A stretch of 32,000 bases of DNA from Pseudoalteromonas tetraodonis (GCF_002310835.1 NZ_CP011041.1:1320001-1352000); one strand, 5' to 3'; positions 9,162-17,741 are shown, counted from the stretch's first letter. A program made the numbers and translations. Notes: a model not told the origin generated them from the letters alone.

Positions 9162-9347
9162 TTAAATTTCATCTCTTTTTCCAATCTTTTCACTTATCCA
9201 TTCTTCAACTTCACTTTCTACCCAGGCTACAGAGTTGCCACCTAGCTCGACCTTCATTGGAAATCCACCAGCGCTCATAAAGCGATAAACAGTTGAACGG
9301 CTTAAGCCTGTAATATGTAAAACTTCTTTTAATTTGATTAAACGCAT
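9162..9347 (-). CDS. alpA: AlpA-family phage/island transcriptional regulator (MerR-like HTH)
   Basis: 61 aa: MRLIKLKEVLHITGLSRSTVYRFMSAGGFPMKVELGGNSVAWVESEVEEWI. This is the classic AlpA/prophage CP4-57 regulatory protein signature. Confidence 0.85.
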   Translation of the reverse strand: MRLIKLKEVLHITGLSRSTVYRFMSAGGFPMKVELGGNSVAWVESEVEEWISEKIGKRDEI

Positions 9348-9472
9348 GGGATTTCTCCGGTTAGGTTATTAGTACATATCCTTTCCGGAGGTAGTAATTT
9401 TTTACTGAGGCGAAACAAAAACGTTAAGCACATACATCACTATTTTGCATAAACCATTAAGAGGGCATAACA

Positions 9473-9946
9473 ATGCAAAATAACAAGTCACTATACGAAT
9501 TTGATCACCCTGTAAGTGATGAACAAATACTTGAAGCTGCTGCTTACATAATCGCTCAAAAGCAATTTAGGCATGGGGCTTTAACATGCCCTAAAGACAG
9601 TGAAGAATATTTAAGGCATAAGCTGGCGTTGATTGAGCATGAGGTGTTTGCCGTCCTGTTCTTGGATAGCCAAAATCGCATACTTGAATATAAAGAGTTA
9701 TTTAGGGGGACTATTAACGCCGCAAGCGTATACCCACGAGAGGTAGTTAAAGAAGTATTAGCGCTAAATGCAGCATCTGTAATACTTGCGCACAATCATC
9801 CTTCAGGCGTCAGCACGCCATCACAGGCCGATAAACTTATTACCAGTAAATTACAGCAGGCGCTTAACCTAATTGATGTTTCGATAGTCGATCACATCAT
9901 TATTGGTGAAACCAGTTATTCATTTGCTGAGCATGGCTTAATTTAA
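9473..9946 (+). CDS. RadC-like JAB/MPN-domain protein
   Basis: 157 aa with the JAMM motif HNHPSG-x7-S-x2-D (AHNHPSGVSTPSQADKLIT). This is the island-type short RadC, as found in CP4-like islands and ICEs. Confidence 0.9.
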   Translation: MQNNKSLYEFDHPVSDEQILEAAAYIIAQKQFRHGALTCPKDSEEYLRHKLALIEHEVFAVLFLDSQNRILEYKELFRGTINAASVYPREVVKEVLALNAASVILAHNHPSGVSTPSQADKLITSKLQQALNLIDVSIVDHIIIGETSYSFAEHGLI

Positions 9947-9958
9947 AGGGAGTAGGGT

Positions 9959-10378
9959 ATGGCGATTAAAATAGAGCAAGTGCCAGGACTAAACGTGCCA
10001 GAGTCACTGTTTGATGTGATTGTAAATGCCATCACTAAACAAGGTGAATCGATAGGGAATGCGAGTAAGTTAACTTTGAATTTCCGTGATAAAGATTATA
10101 GCGCAGCAGCTGGGGGCTTTCACCCAGTCGAGGTTAGGCTAGAAAAACGCGGTATTGGTTGGGAGCTTGTATACATTACTGACTTTTCATACCAGGGCCG
10201 ACCGGATTTTGAGTTAGTAAAGGAGATTGATGTTTGCTTTGAAATTAAACGCGTGTATCACATGCTGGTGGGCTGGTTAAGTGAACGAGAGGGCAAGGAG
10301 CTTTTAACTTTATTTGTGACTAACTTTGTTGAATATTACAACACAGGCTGCTACCAAGTCATTATTTCAACAGAATAA
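9959..10378 (+). CDS. Hypothetical protein, DUF2787-like
   Basis: 139 aa, starting 12 nt after radC. The GGFHPVEVRLEK motif matches my recollection of DUF2787 proteins, which accompany RadC in Vibrio and Shewanella islands. The family name is from memory only. Confidence 0.5.
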   Translation: MAIKIEQVPGLNVPESLFDVIVNAITKQGESIGNASKLTLNFRDKDYSAAAGGFHPVEVRLEKRGIGWELVYITDFSYQGRPDFELVKEIDVCFEIKRVYHMLVGWLSEREGKELLTLFVTNFVEYYNTGCYQVIISTE

Positions 10379-10388
10379 GGAGTTGGCT

Positions 10389-10949
10389 ATGGCTGAAGTA
10401 CAGGCGATTAAGGACCTTGATACAGTAAAGTTAATCAGTTACTTGCTTGAAAAGCGGTGTTCTAAACAGATGAGCCATATTTGGAATATAGGTCTGAACT
10501 TGGCATTGCGCATATCTGATTTGTTGTCTGTTAAATTTACGGACATTCAAAATGACAGGTTACTTATATTTGAAAGTAAAACAGGCAAGCTTGCAGAGAT
10601 TAAGTTAAATCAAAAAGCATTAGCGTTTATCCATGAAGTACGAATCACTCACCCCAACCATGTTTACTTATTTCAATCGTATCGTAATCAACAGGCTAAA
10701 GGTTCACCACCACGGCCTTTATCTCGAAGGGCTGTAACAAGAGCATTTGCGTTAGTGGGTGAAGAGCTTAATTTAAAACTAGGCACTCACTCGATGCGGA
10801 AAACCCGAGGTTACCACCTCTACCATAAAACCCAAGACATCGCGCGTGTAATGAAGATGCTTCGCCATAGCTCGGAAGCAACAACACTGCGTTACATTGG
10901 CATAACCCAGGAGGAAATCGATAAAGACTTTGAAGAGTTAGAGCTATAA
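10389..10949 (+). CDS. Short tyrosine recombinase, catalytic domain only (phage-integrase family, FimB/FimE-sized)
   Basis: 186 aa from the ATG at 10389, which is preceded by AAGGAG (10377-10382). I prefer this start over the track start at 10326, which overlaps the upstream gene. A full catalytic set is recognisable: R in LALRISDLL, K in ESKTGK, HxxR in HSMRKTRG, H in LRHSS, and Y in TLRYIG. There is no N-terminal core-binding domain. Confidence 0.75.
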   Translation: MAEVQAIKDLDTVKLISYLLEKRCSKQMSHIWNIGLNLALRISDLLSVKFTDIQNDRLLIFESKTGKLAEIKLNQKALAFIHEVRITHPNHVYLFQSYRNQQAKGSPPRPLSRRAVTRAFALVGEELNLKLGTHSMRKTRGYHLYHKTQDIARVMKMLRHSSEATTLRYIGITQEEIDKDFEELEL

Positions 10950-10980
10950 ATTTATAACATATAATAGGAGTAAGTTTGTT

Positions 10981-11220
10981 ATGTCGTTAGAAAAAGCCGT
11001 TGCATGCGGTGCAGTAGGAAATGAAGTTTCTAAACAAATAACCGGTAGTTCTAAGCCATCACTCAGTAGAACAGCCATTGCTGTGAGCTCTGGTGCTGTA
11101 GCAGGCGCTACAGTATCCGGTGCAGTTGTCGTTGGCCTGGGTGTGGCGTCTGCACCAGTTACGGTGCCTTTAGCTGTTGCTAGTGGCTTGTTAGCAGGAG
11201 TCGCAAGTTTATTTGATTAG
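10981..11220 (+). CDS. Small Gly/Ala/Val-rich (glycine-zipper-like) predicted membrane protein
   Basis: 79 aa. An AGGAG site lies about 8 nt upstream of the ATG. The C-terminal 50 aa are hydrophobic with small-xxx-small repeats (AIAVSSGAVAGATVSGAVVVGLGVASAPVTVPLAVASGLLAGVASLF). It is the last gene before a strong terminator. Confidence 0.5.
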   Translation: MSLEKAVACGAVGNEVSKQITGSSKPSLSRTAIAVSSGAVAGATVSGAVVVGLGVASAPVTVPLAVASGLLAGVASLFD

Positions 11221-11228
11221 AAGTAAAC

Positions 11229-11262
11229 AAAGAACGCATTTTTGCAGTGCGTTCTTTTTTTG
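11229..11262 (+). terminator. Rho-independent terminator of the radC to small-peptide operon
   Basis: The stem agaacgca (11231-11238) pairs with tgcgttct (11248-11255), and a run of seven T follows. Confidence 0.7.
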
Positions 11263-11279
11263 CTTTTGTAGTGTAAATA

Positions 11280-11393
11280 GTGCTTCTCGTAATGCTATTT
11301 TGGGAACTTGCCATCCCTTGTATACTAAGGGTTTAAGCTTATTTAGCTAATTGAAGGTCTCAAAACCTCGTTAAAACGAATTATGAGAAGCAC
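11280..11393. repeat. 14-bp inverted repeats (13/14 match) flanking an 86-bp segment
   Basis: gtgcttctcgtaat (11280-11293) pairs with attatgagaagcac (11380-11393), with one mismatch. The enclosed segment contains a good -10-like hexamer, tatact. Confidence 0.5.
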
Positions 11394-11410
11394 AGGTCTT
11401 AATTAGAATA

Positions 11411-11992
11411 TCATCTTTGACTATAACCAAAACAACGGTGCCCTAAGCCATATTGTTTCGTATTAAGCTTTGCTAAATAACTAGCTCGTTTATAAAGACT
11501 GCTGTAATCCGCTTTAAAATTTGTATTGTTCGCGTCAAGGTAGTAATGAGCATTTTGAGGCAAGTGAACTAGTTGCATAGTTTCATCCAACGGTAAGCTC
11601 AACGCACTCGCCCAGGACTTAACTATTCGAGTAAACAAGTTATCGCTTTCTATATTTATTTTACCCGTACAGTGGTAACGGTCCTTATTGAAAAACAGTA
11701 CACAATGATAATGCTGTTGGTGAGCTTTGTTTTTCTCTCTAGTCCAAATATATCTAAAATTACATGGATGTGGAGTTTTACCATCACGAACTTTACGTTT
11801 TGTATCTGCTTTAATCTGCGCCTCAAGAGAAGCAATAAATCGTGTAATAATTTTATTGCTATCTAAATCAATTGTATTTGAATAAGCAGGTAGCCTTAAA
11901 TCAATTCTGACTGCAAACGTTCTTTTATGTTCACTACATGCAGCATGCATTACTTTCTCAATAGCATTTAAGTAGGGAATAACTAGTCGCTG
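11411..11992 (-). pseudogene. Inovirus Gp2 / YfjJ-YagK family protein, C-terminal 192 codons, separated from its start by an IS insertion
   Basis: The track ORF 11411..12022 begins with MSLWQTRGDS, which is encoded inside the IS left end. Native sequence starts at QRLVIPYLNAIEKVM...RTFAVRIDLRLP and contains an HUH-like HQQHYHCVLFF motif. Both are typical of Gp2/YfjJ-like proteins of CP4-type islands. Confidence 0.75.
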
Positions 11993-12042
11993 TGAATCGC
12001 CCCGTGTTTGCCAGAGACTCAATAACTTGAGAAACTGGAACT

Positions 12043-13328
<1,286 letters not shown>

Positions 13329-13367
13329 CTTAAACAAACTGGTCTCCGATGAACTCGGGGCGATTCA

Positions 13368-13445
13368 CTGTTCTACTCTAGCGAGTGTTTGATATTGCTT
13401 GTATGTAGGGTTGATTGTTACTGGGTATTGGGTTGGGTTATTCAT
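13368..13445 (-). pseudogene. N-terminal 26 codons of the IS-disrupted Gp2/YfjJ-like gene
   Basis: The reverse complement reads atgaataacccaacc...gtagaacag, which translates to MNNPTQYPVTINPTYKQYQTLARVEQ. Its last codon, cag, is the target-site duplication. Deleting the IS and one ctg copy joins it in frame to RLVIPYLNA..., restoring a 218-aa ORF. Confidence 0.75.
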
Positions 13446-13641
13446 TCTCTTTATCCTGATTAGTATTGGTTCATATCAGGTGTATGAGTTGTAGTTTTTT
13501 AATTTGAATTTGTTGTGATAATGATTTAGATGCTAGTAACTCTAATAAATATTACCAAACCGAGGATTGGGCTTGAAAAAAGTAAGCACGTATCAATGGA
13601 ACATTTTTTTTTAGCGCTATACATACAAGCGTTATTCTCAA

Positions 13642-14997
13642 TTAATTCTGCTCTGAAGTTAAAGTGTCTTTGTAAAATGCTTCAAATACTTTTGGATCAA
13701 TATGAAATATATTGTAATTCCCATTTTTCAGTTGGCTTTTTGAGTCCATAAACGTCACTGTTCCATCATTACTATTAACTTTTTCACAGAGGTCTAGATT
13801 GGTAAATAAGATTAAGTTGTAAATTGATGTGACATCATAAAACTTTACCTTCGAATGAGTGTTTTCTATGAAGGCATTTATATAGTTACCTTTTTTCTTG
13901 AGTGAGTGTATAGAGCTAAGGTATTTCTCTATGTCCTCACTTACTTTCGGAGTGTCTTTTAGCGAATGAATTATAGAATATAAAATGTAATGAATATGTA
14001 TATTAGCTAGATTTCTTATCAGGTACGAAGTTCCATGGCCTAAATTAGCGGCGCTTATTTCATAATCTGCAGGGCTGAAAATATGGCTAAAAGCATCTTT
14101 TTGGCTAACAGGTTTAATGTTAGTTCCACCATTTAGTAAATATGATAACCCCATAGAAACTAATTTAAGAAGGACTCCATCGAAGTAGCTGAAAACTTCT
14201 TTAGGCTGCTGACACAAAAAATTAAAGTCATGTTCAAGTGAATCTACTTCAAATCTTAATAATCTTAAAAAAATATTTTCACGTATTTTTTCAGAGAAGA
14301 AAAAATCTATCAGTGCCCCAGAGAAGTTATATATTTTTTTACGATTCGCATATGATTCTAAATTAGTCAATGAGGGAAATGTGAACAGGTATATGAATTT
14401 GTTATGATTATCTCCCATTATTTTAAAGCAAGACGAACGCTTAAAGTTGTTACCTCCAGTTTTAACAACGTTCCTTTTATTCTTGTCTTCAACTTTTTTT
14501 AAAGTACACCCTTTTATGGCTTTTTGAATGAATTTAAGGTCAATTAATTGAGAGATAGCAGTTTTAACCTCAGCATCTTTTAACCCGCACGCTTTAGCAA
14601 TGTTAGATAGTGTAAAATTAACAACATATCCAAATTCATCTTGGTTTAATACAAAGAAACACCATACCAACTTTATAGGAACTCTTAATTCGAGTCCTTC
14701 TAACTTTGCCTGCATTTCAGTACATTTTAATCGATGAATTTCGTCATGACCATTGTAAATAAAAGTATATGAAAGTGTTGGTCGTCCAGGCTTAAAGTGC
14801 TCAACTTCGAGTTTTGAAATTGCATTAATTTCTTGTAGCTCTTCTATTACTTTTTTAAATTTATTGTGTGGGCATCCTAATTTTATGAGATCAGCTTTAG
14901 ATAATTCGTCTCCAATTATTTTCCCTGTAATTAAGCGAATTAACACCCATTTTTTATATGCTGATAGACTAGCTGTTGAAGTAAAAAACTTATTCAT
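13642..14997 (-). CDS. Hypothetical protein with two winged-helix-like segments and an uncharacterised C-terminal half
   Basis: 451 aa in a very AT-rich gene. wHTH-like stretches are LIKLGCPHNKFKKVIEELQEINAISKLEVEHFKPGRPTLSY and FTLSNIAKACGLKDAEVKTAISQLIDLKFIQK. I see no P-loop or recognisable catalytic motif. Confidence 0.55.
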   Translation of the reverse strand: MNKFFTSTASLSAYKKWVLIRLITGKIIGDELSKADLIKLGCPHNKFKKVIEELQEINAISKLEVEHFKPGRPTLSYTFIYNGHDEIHRLKCTEMQAKLEGLELRVPIKLVWCFFVLNQDEFGYVVNFTLSNIAKACGLKDAEVKTAISQLIDLKFIQKAIKGCTLKKVEDKNKRNVVKTGGNNFKRSSCFKIMGDNHNKFIYLFTFPSLTNLESYANRKKIYNFSGALIDFFFSEKIRENIFLRLLRFEVDSLEHDFNFLCQQPKEVFSYFDGVLLKLVSMGLSYLLNGGTNIKPVSQKDAFSHIFSPADYEISAANLGHGTSYLIRNLANIHIHYILYSIIHSLKDTPKVSEDIEKYLSSIHSLKKKGNYINAFIENTHSKVKFYDVTSIYNLILFTNLDLCEKVNSNDGTVTFMDSKSQLKNGNYNIFHIDPKVFEAFYKDTLTSEQN

Positions 14998-15046
14998 TTA
15001 ATTACCATGCGCCATATTTGTTGCAGATATAGTAGCCAGTATGCCT

Positions 15047-15087
15047 ATTAAATGACAGAAAAACACCCTGTTTTTCTGTCATTTAAT
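15047..15087. repeat. Perfect 19-bp inverted repeat with a 3-nt spacer
   Basis: attaaatgacagaaaaaca (15047-15065), then ccc, then tgtttttctgtcatttaat (15069-15087). It lies 50-90 nt upstream of the 451-aa gene's start, in the divergent intergenic region. Confidence 0.85.
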
Positions 15088-15103
15088 TATTAGTTGTTAT
15101 TTA

Positions 15104-15267
15104 ATCTAAATTAGAGGTTATTTAGATTTTTAATTTATTTAAAATAATCTAATTTAGAGGCTAACTGAGGTTTTAATATAGTACCTAAGGGCGTTGACTG
15201 AAATTTTGATGTGAGAACTAATAAATATCTAACTTAGATTTTAAATAGTGTCTAGTTGTACATCTAA
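15104..15267. promoter_or_regulatory. Array of ATCTAA/TTAGAT half-sites (iteron- or operator-like)
   Basis: Two 15-mers match at 14/15 positions: aatctaaattagagg (15103-15117) and aatctaatttagagg (15146-15160). There is a palindrome atctaa-c-ttagat (15227-15239). Additional ATCTAA copies sit at 15262 and a TTAGAT at 15122. By eye I count six core copies in about 165 bp. Confidence 0.55.
15194..15222 (+). promoter_or_regulatory. Putative promoter for the 176-aa gene
   Basis: TTGACT (15194-15199), a 17-nt spacer, then ACTAAT (15217-15222). The atctaacttagat palindrome lies right at the predicted transcription start. Confidence 0.3.
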
Positions 15268-15370
15268 TAAGAAGAGGTTTAGTTTCTGACTTCAAAGTAG
15301 TTGCTTATAGATTAGTGTTGGATTATTGTTTTGATAACAGCGACAAGCGCTCAAGCACAGGGATGAATTA

Positions 15371-15901
15371 ATGACAGATTGGATTGATAGCAACAATATT
15401 TTGAAGTGGGTTAAGGAAGATAACGAAGACTTGCACAACTGGCTAGCTTATCGATATTCAAGTTATGTTGAATACTTTGAATCTGAAAATCCTACATTAA
15501 ATAGTTTTATTAGACTTATGATTAAAAAAAATAGCTCTAATGAAGATACGCAAAGAATTCAGCTTCAGAAGCTTCATAAAGCCTGGAAAAGCTATGAAAG
15601 AGGCTTAAAAAATACATCTAATAAAGTGTGTAAACTTCAGCTTGAGGTATCCAAATCAGCTCGTGGTAAACTACAAATTTTAAGTGAGGCCGATGGAATT
15701 TCACAATCTAAATATATTGAGAAATTGATTACTTACGCTCATAAAAACCCTAAGCTGATTTCCAAAAATTCAAAAGTACAAGAGCAATACAAACTTAACC
15801 AGAGAACTTTTGATGATAGCACTGAGATTAAAGCCATAAGAGAAGACTTATCGACTATTGATGATAAGATTACTAGGTTATTGTCTGCTTTGGTAGAGTA
15901 G
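15371..15901 (+). CDS. Hypothetical protein with a central ribbon-helix-helix-like segment
   Basis: 176 aa and AT-rich. KLQLEVSKSARGKLQILSEADGISQSKYIEKLI has the beta-strand, helix, helix pattern of CopG/Arc-type RHH proteins. The C-terminus looks like a coiled coil. Confidence 0.5.
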   Translation: MTDWIDSNNILKWVKEDNEDLHNWLAYRYSSYVEYFESENPTLNSFIRLMIKKNSSNEDTQRIQLQKLHKAWKSYERGLKNTSNKVCKLQLEVSKSARGKLQILSEADGISQSKYIEKLITYAHKNPKLISKNSKVQEQYKLNQRTFDDSTEIKAIREDLSTIDDKITRLLSALVE

Positions 15902-16030
15902 GGCAAGCTGAGTTTTTTAGACCGCTTTGGTTATTTTTAAAATAAATGGCCTTTAGTATACCTGTTAGTATTCCTTGATTTTATCTATAAAGGTATTGTT
16001 GCTTTTAATCAGTGGCTTATTGGTTTTATA

Positions 16031-16051
16031 TGAATCCCTCTCTCTCCACCA
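16031..16051 (+). other. Orphan tRNA 3'-end fragment; putative att site and island boundary
   Basis: tGAATCCCTCTCTCTCCACCA parses as the end of a T-loop (GAAT), a T-stem 3' strand (CCCTC), an acceptor 3' strand (TCTCTCC), discriminator A and CCA. No matching 5' half (GGAGAGA...) exists upstream, so this is a fragment and not a gene. Confidence 0.6.
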
Positions 16052-16063
16052 TTATTCTATATT

Positions 16064-16088
16064 AGGACGTCTCAAGGCGTCCTTTTTT
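16064..16088 (+). terminator. Rho-independent terminator downstream of the tRNA fragment
   Basis: The stem aggacg (16064-16069) pairs with cgtcct (16078-16083), and a T6 run follows. Its position 13 nt after ...CCA is what is expected for the native terminator of the targeted tRNA gene. Confidence 0.55.
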
Positions 16089-16103
16089 GTGCCTGTAATA
16101 ACA

Positions 16104-17741
16104 CTAAACGTGTTGGCGTTTGTTTTTACGTTGGTGCTTTAATGTATACATTCGTTGGTCGGCTAAGGTTAAGCAGGCTTTGTAGTCATTACATTCCTCA
16201 CTACTTGCTATGCCATAGCTCAGGCCTGATAGGGGCCAGTTTTTCTGTACTTGTTGATGAATATAATTTAACGATTCGTTGATGCTCAGGGTGAGTTGGC
16301 CGAGCTGTTGTGCTGATTTAACGTTACACACACAAATAAACTCATCACCGCCAGTTCTGCATACCTCACCTTTATCGGCTAACGCGCTTTTAATTAACCG
16401 TGTAACTTCAATGAGTAGTTTGTCACCGTGAGCATGACCTAGGTGATCGTTAACGCTTTTAATATTGTCGCAATCTATAAACACTATGAGGTAAAAATTA
16501 TCTAAGTTATCGAGCACTTGTTGTAATTGCAGCCGGTTTCCTACTTTGGTGAGTGGATCTATGCGTGATAACTCTAGCGCTTTTATATAATTGTTTTGCT
16601 TTATTTTTAGCCATTCAGATAAAGAAAGCAAAATACAGATACAATCAATGGCCAGAGCAATAAGCACCCATAATTCAGGTGAACTTATTTCTATTAAATT
16701 TAGGTGCGATAAAATAAAAATAACCAAGGATAAGCTATAAACAAGGTTGCCAGTTAAAAAGTATTTCGCTCTAAAGTCCTTCATCCCCAGCATTGTAAAG
16801 CCAAGCTTTAAGCTTAAATACACCCAAATTGCAGCGAGGAAGTGAGCTAAATAGAACACCCAATGGAAGGATAAAAATAGGTTTAAAAAACCACAGGCAA
16901 GTGCCGTTATGGAAAAGTACTTTAAAAATCGGCTAATACCAGAACGGGTATGTTGGTCAAAGTTAAATAAGTAATAGGCAAATGAGCTGGCAGAGGCAAT
17001 AGCAAAGGCAAAAATATACATGCCAAAGTAATGGGTGTTAATCGCATGGTAATTAAAAAGTAGCGCAGCTATCCCCGCTGCGAATGCCCAACCAATGCCA
17101 TGTAACCCTATGTAACCTGCACAAAATAATGCCACGCGATGTCGTGTTTTAAAAAACATGATCAAGGCCATGCAAGCCAAGGTCAGCATTATCGTTATAG
17201 ACACTAAGCTTAATGAATTGATATAAAACTGAAGTTTAACAAACCTAGATTGAGGAATAACGTTAATGCTGACAGGTTTGGCAAAGTGCTTAGCATTAAC
17301 ATAAAGCCATAAAACACCGTGTGAATTAGCTTCTAGTTGTAATTCAAAAGCTCGGCTGTGCATTACAATGGCTGATGGGATGGCACTATCTTGTGAAAAG
17401 TCAGCGACTTTTCTGATCCCACTAGCATCTTGATAAAAAGCAACGCCACTATCTAAGTAATTAACTTGGGGTATTATATACCAGCGTCCAGCGCTCGTTG
17501 TGGTTAAACTAATTTTTGCTATTGCACTGCCATTCGCACTGTACAGCGAAGTGATGGGAGTATTAACATTGTCATAGGCATTAACGAGTTGCTCACCTTG
17601 GGTTGGTTTAGCTAAATCTACTTGATGCCAAATAGCTGATTTTAATTGTAAGCTGTCATTTTCGTTTAGTGTTACAGCAGATGCACTAAAACCAATGGTT
17701 TGTAGTAGCAAACAACATATTAAATTGAAAGTGTACCGCAT
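16104..17741 (-). CDS. Diguanylate cyclase with 7TMR-DISM extracellular and 7-TM domains and a C-terminal GGDEF domain
   Basis: 545 aa. It has a signal-like N-terminus, a periplasmic domain of about 170 aa, seven hydrophobic helices, then RIDPLTKVGNR...RTGGDEFICV. I see no RxxD inhibitory site in the position upstream of GGDEF. Confidence 0.85.
   Translation of the reverse strand: MRYTFNLICCLLLQTIGFSASAVTLNENDSLQLKSAIWHQVDLAKPTQGEQLVNAYDNVNTPITSLYSANGSAIAKISLTTTSAGRWYIIPQVNYLDSGVAFYQDASGIRKVADFSQDSAIPSAIVMHSRAFELQLEANSHGVLWLYVNAKHFAKPVSINVIPQSRFVKLQFYINSLSLVSITIMLTLACMALIMFFKTRHRVALFCAGYIGLHGIGWAFAAGIAALLFNYHAINTHYFGMYIFAFAIASASSFAYYLFNFDQHTRSGISRFLKYFSITALACGFLNLFLSFHWVFYLAHFLAAIWVYLSLKLGFTMLGMKDFRAKYFLTGNLVYSLSLVIFILSHLNLIEISSPELWVLIALAIDCICILLSLSEWLKIKQNNYIKALELSRIDPLTKVGNRLQLQQVLDNLDNFYLIVFIDCDNIKSVNDHLGHAHGDKLLIEVTRLIKSALADKGEVCRTGGDEFICVCNVKSAQQLGQLTLSINESLNYIHQQVQKNWPLSGLSYGIASSEECNDYKACLTLADQRMYTLKHQRKNKRQHV

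Noticed and set aside
11993-12022. The N-terminus MSLWQTRGDS of track ORF 11411..12022, which suggests an intact 203-aa gene.
   Set aside because: These ten codons are encoded by the left inverted repeat of the IS3-family element. The true N-terminus lies at 13445-13368 on the other side of the insertion, so the 203-aa ORF is a chimera.
13530-13751. Plus-strand 73-aa ORF overlapping the 3' end of the 451-aa gene.
   Set aside because: It lies in extremely AT-rich sequence, where random ORFs are expected to be short and low-complexity. It overlaps the stop region of a much longer convergent ORF and has no ribosome-binding site.
16021-16051. A complete tRNA gene ending in ...CTCTCTCCACCA.
   Set aside because: Only the last ~20 nt fit tRNA geometry. 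The preceding 70-90 nt are AT-rich, with no complementary acceptor 5' strand (GGAGAGA), D-arm or anticodon arm. I therefore treat it as an att-site fragment and not an RNA gene.
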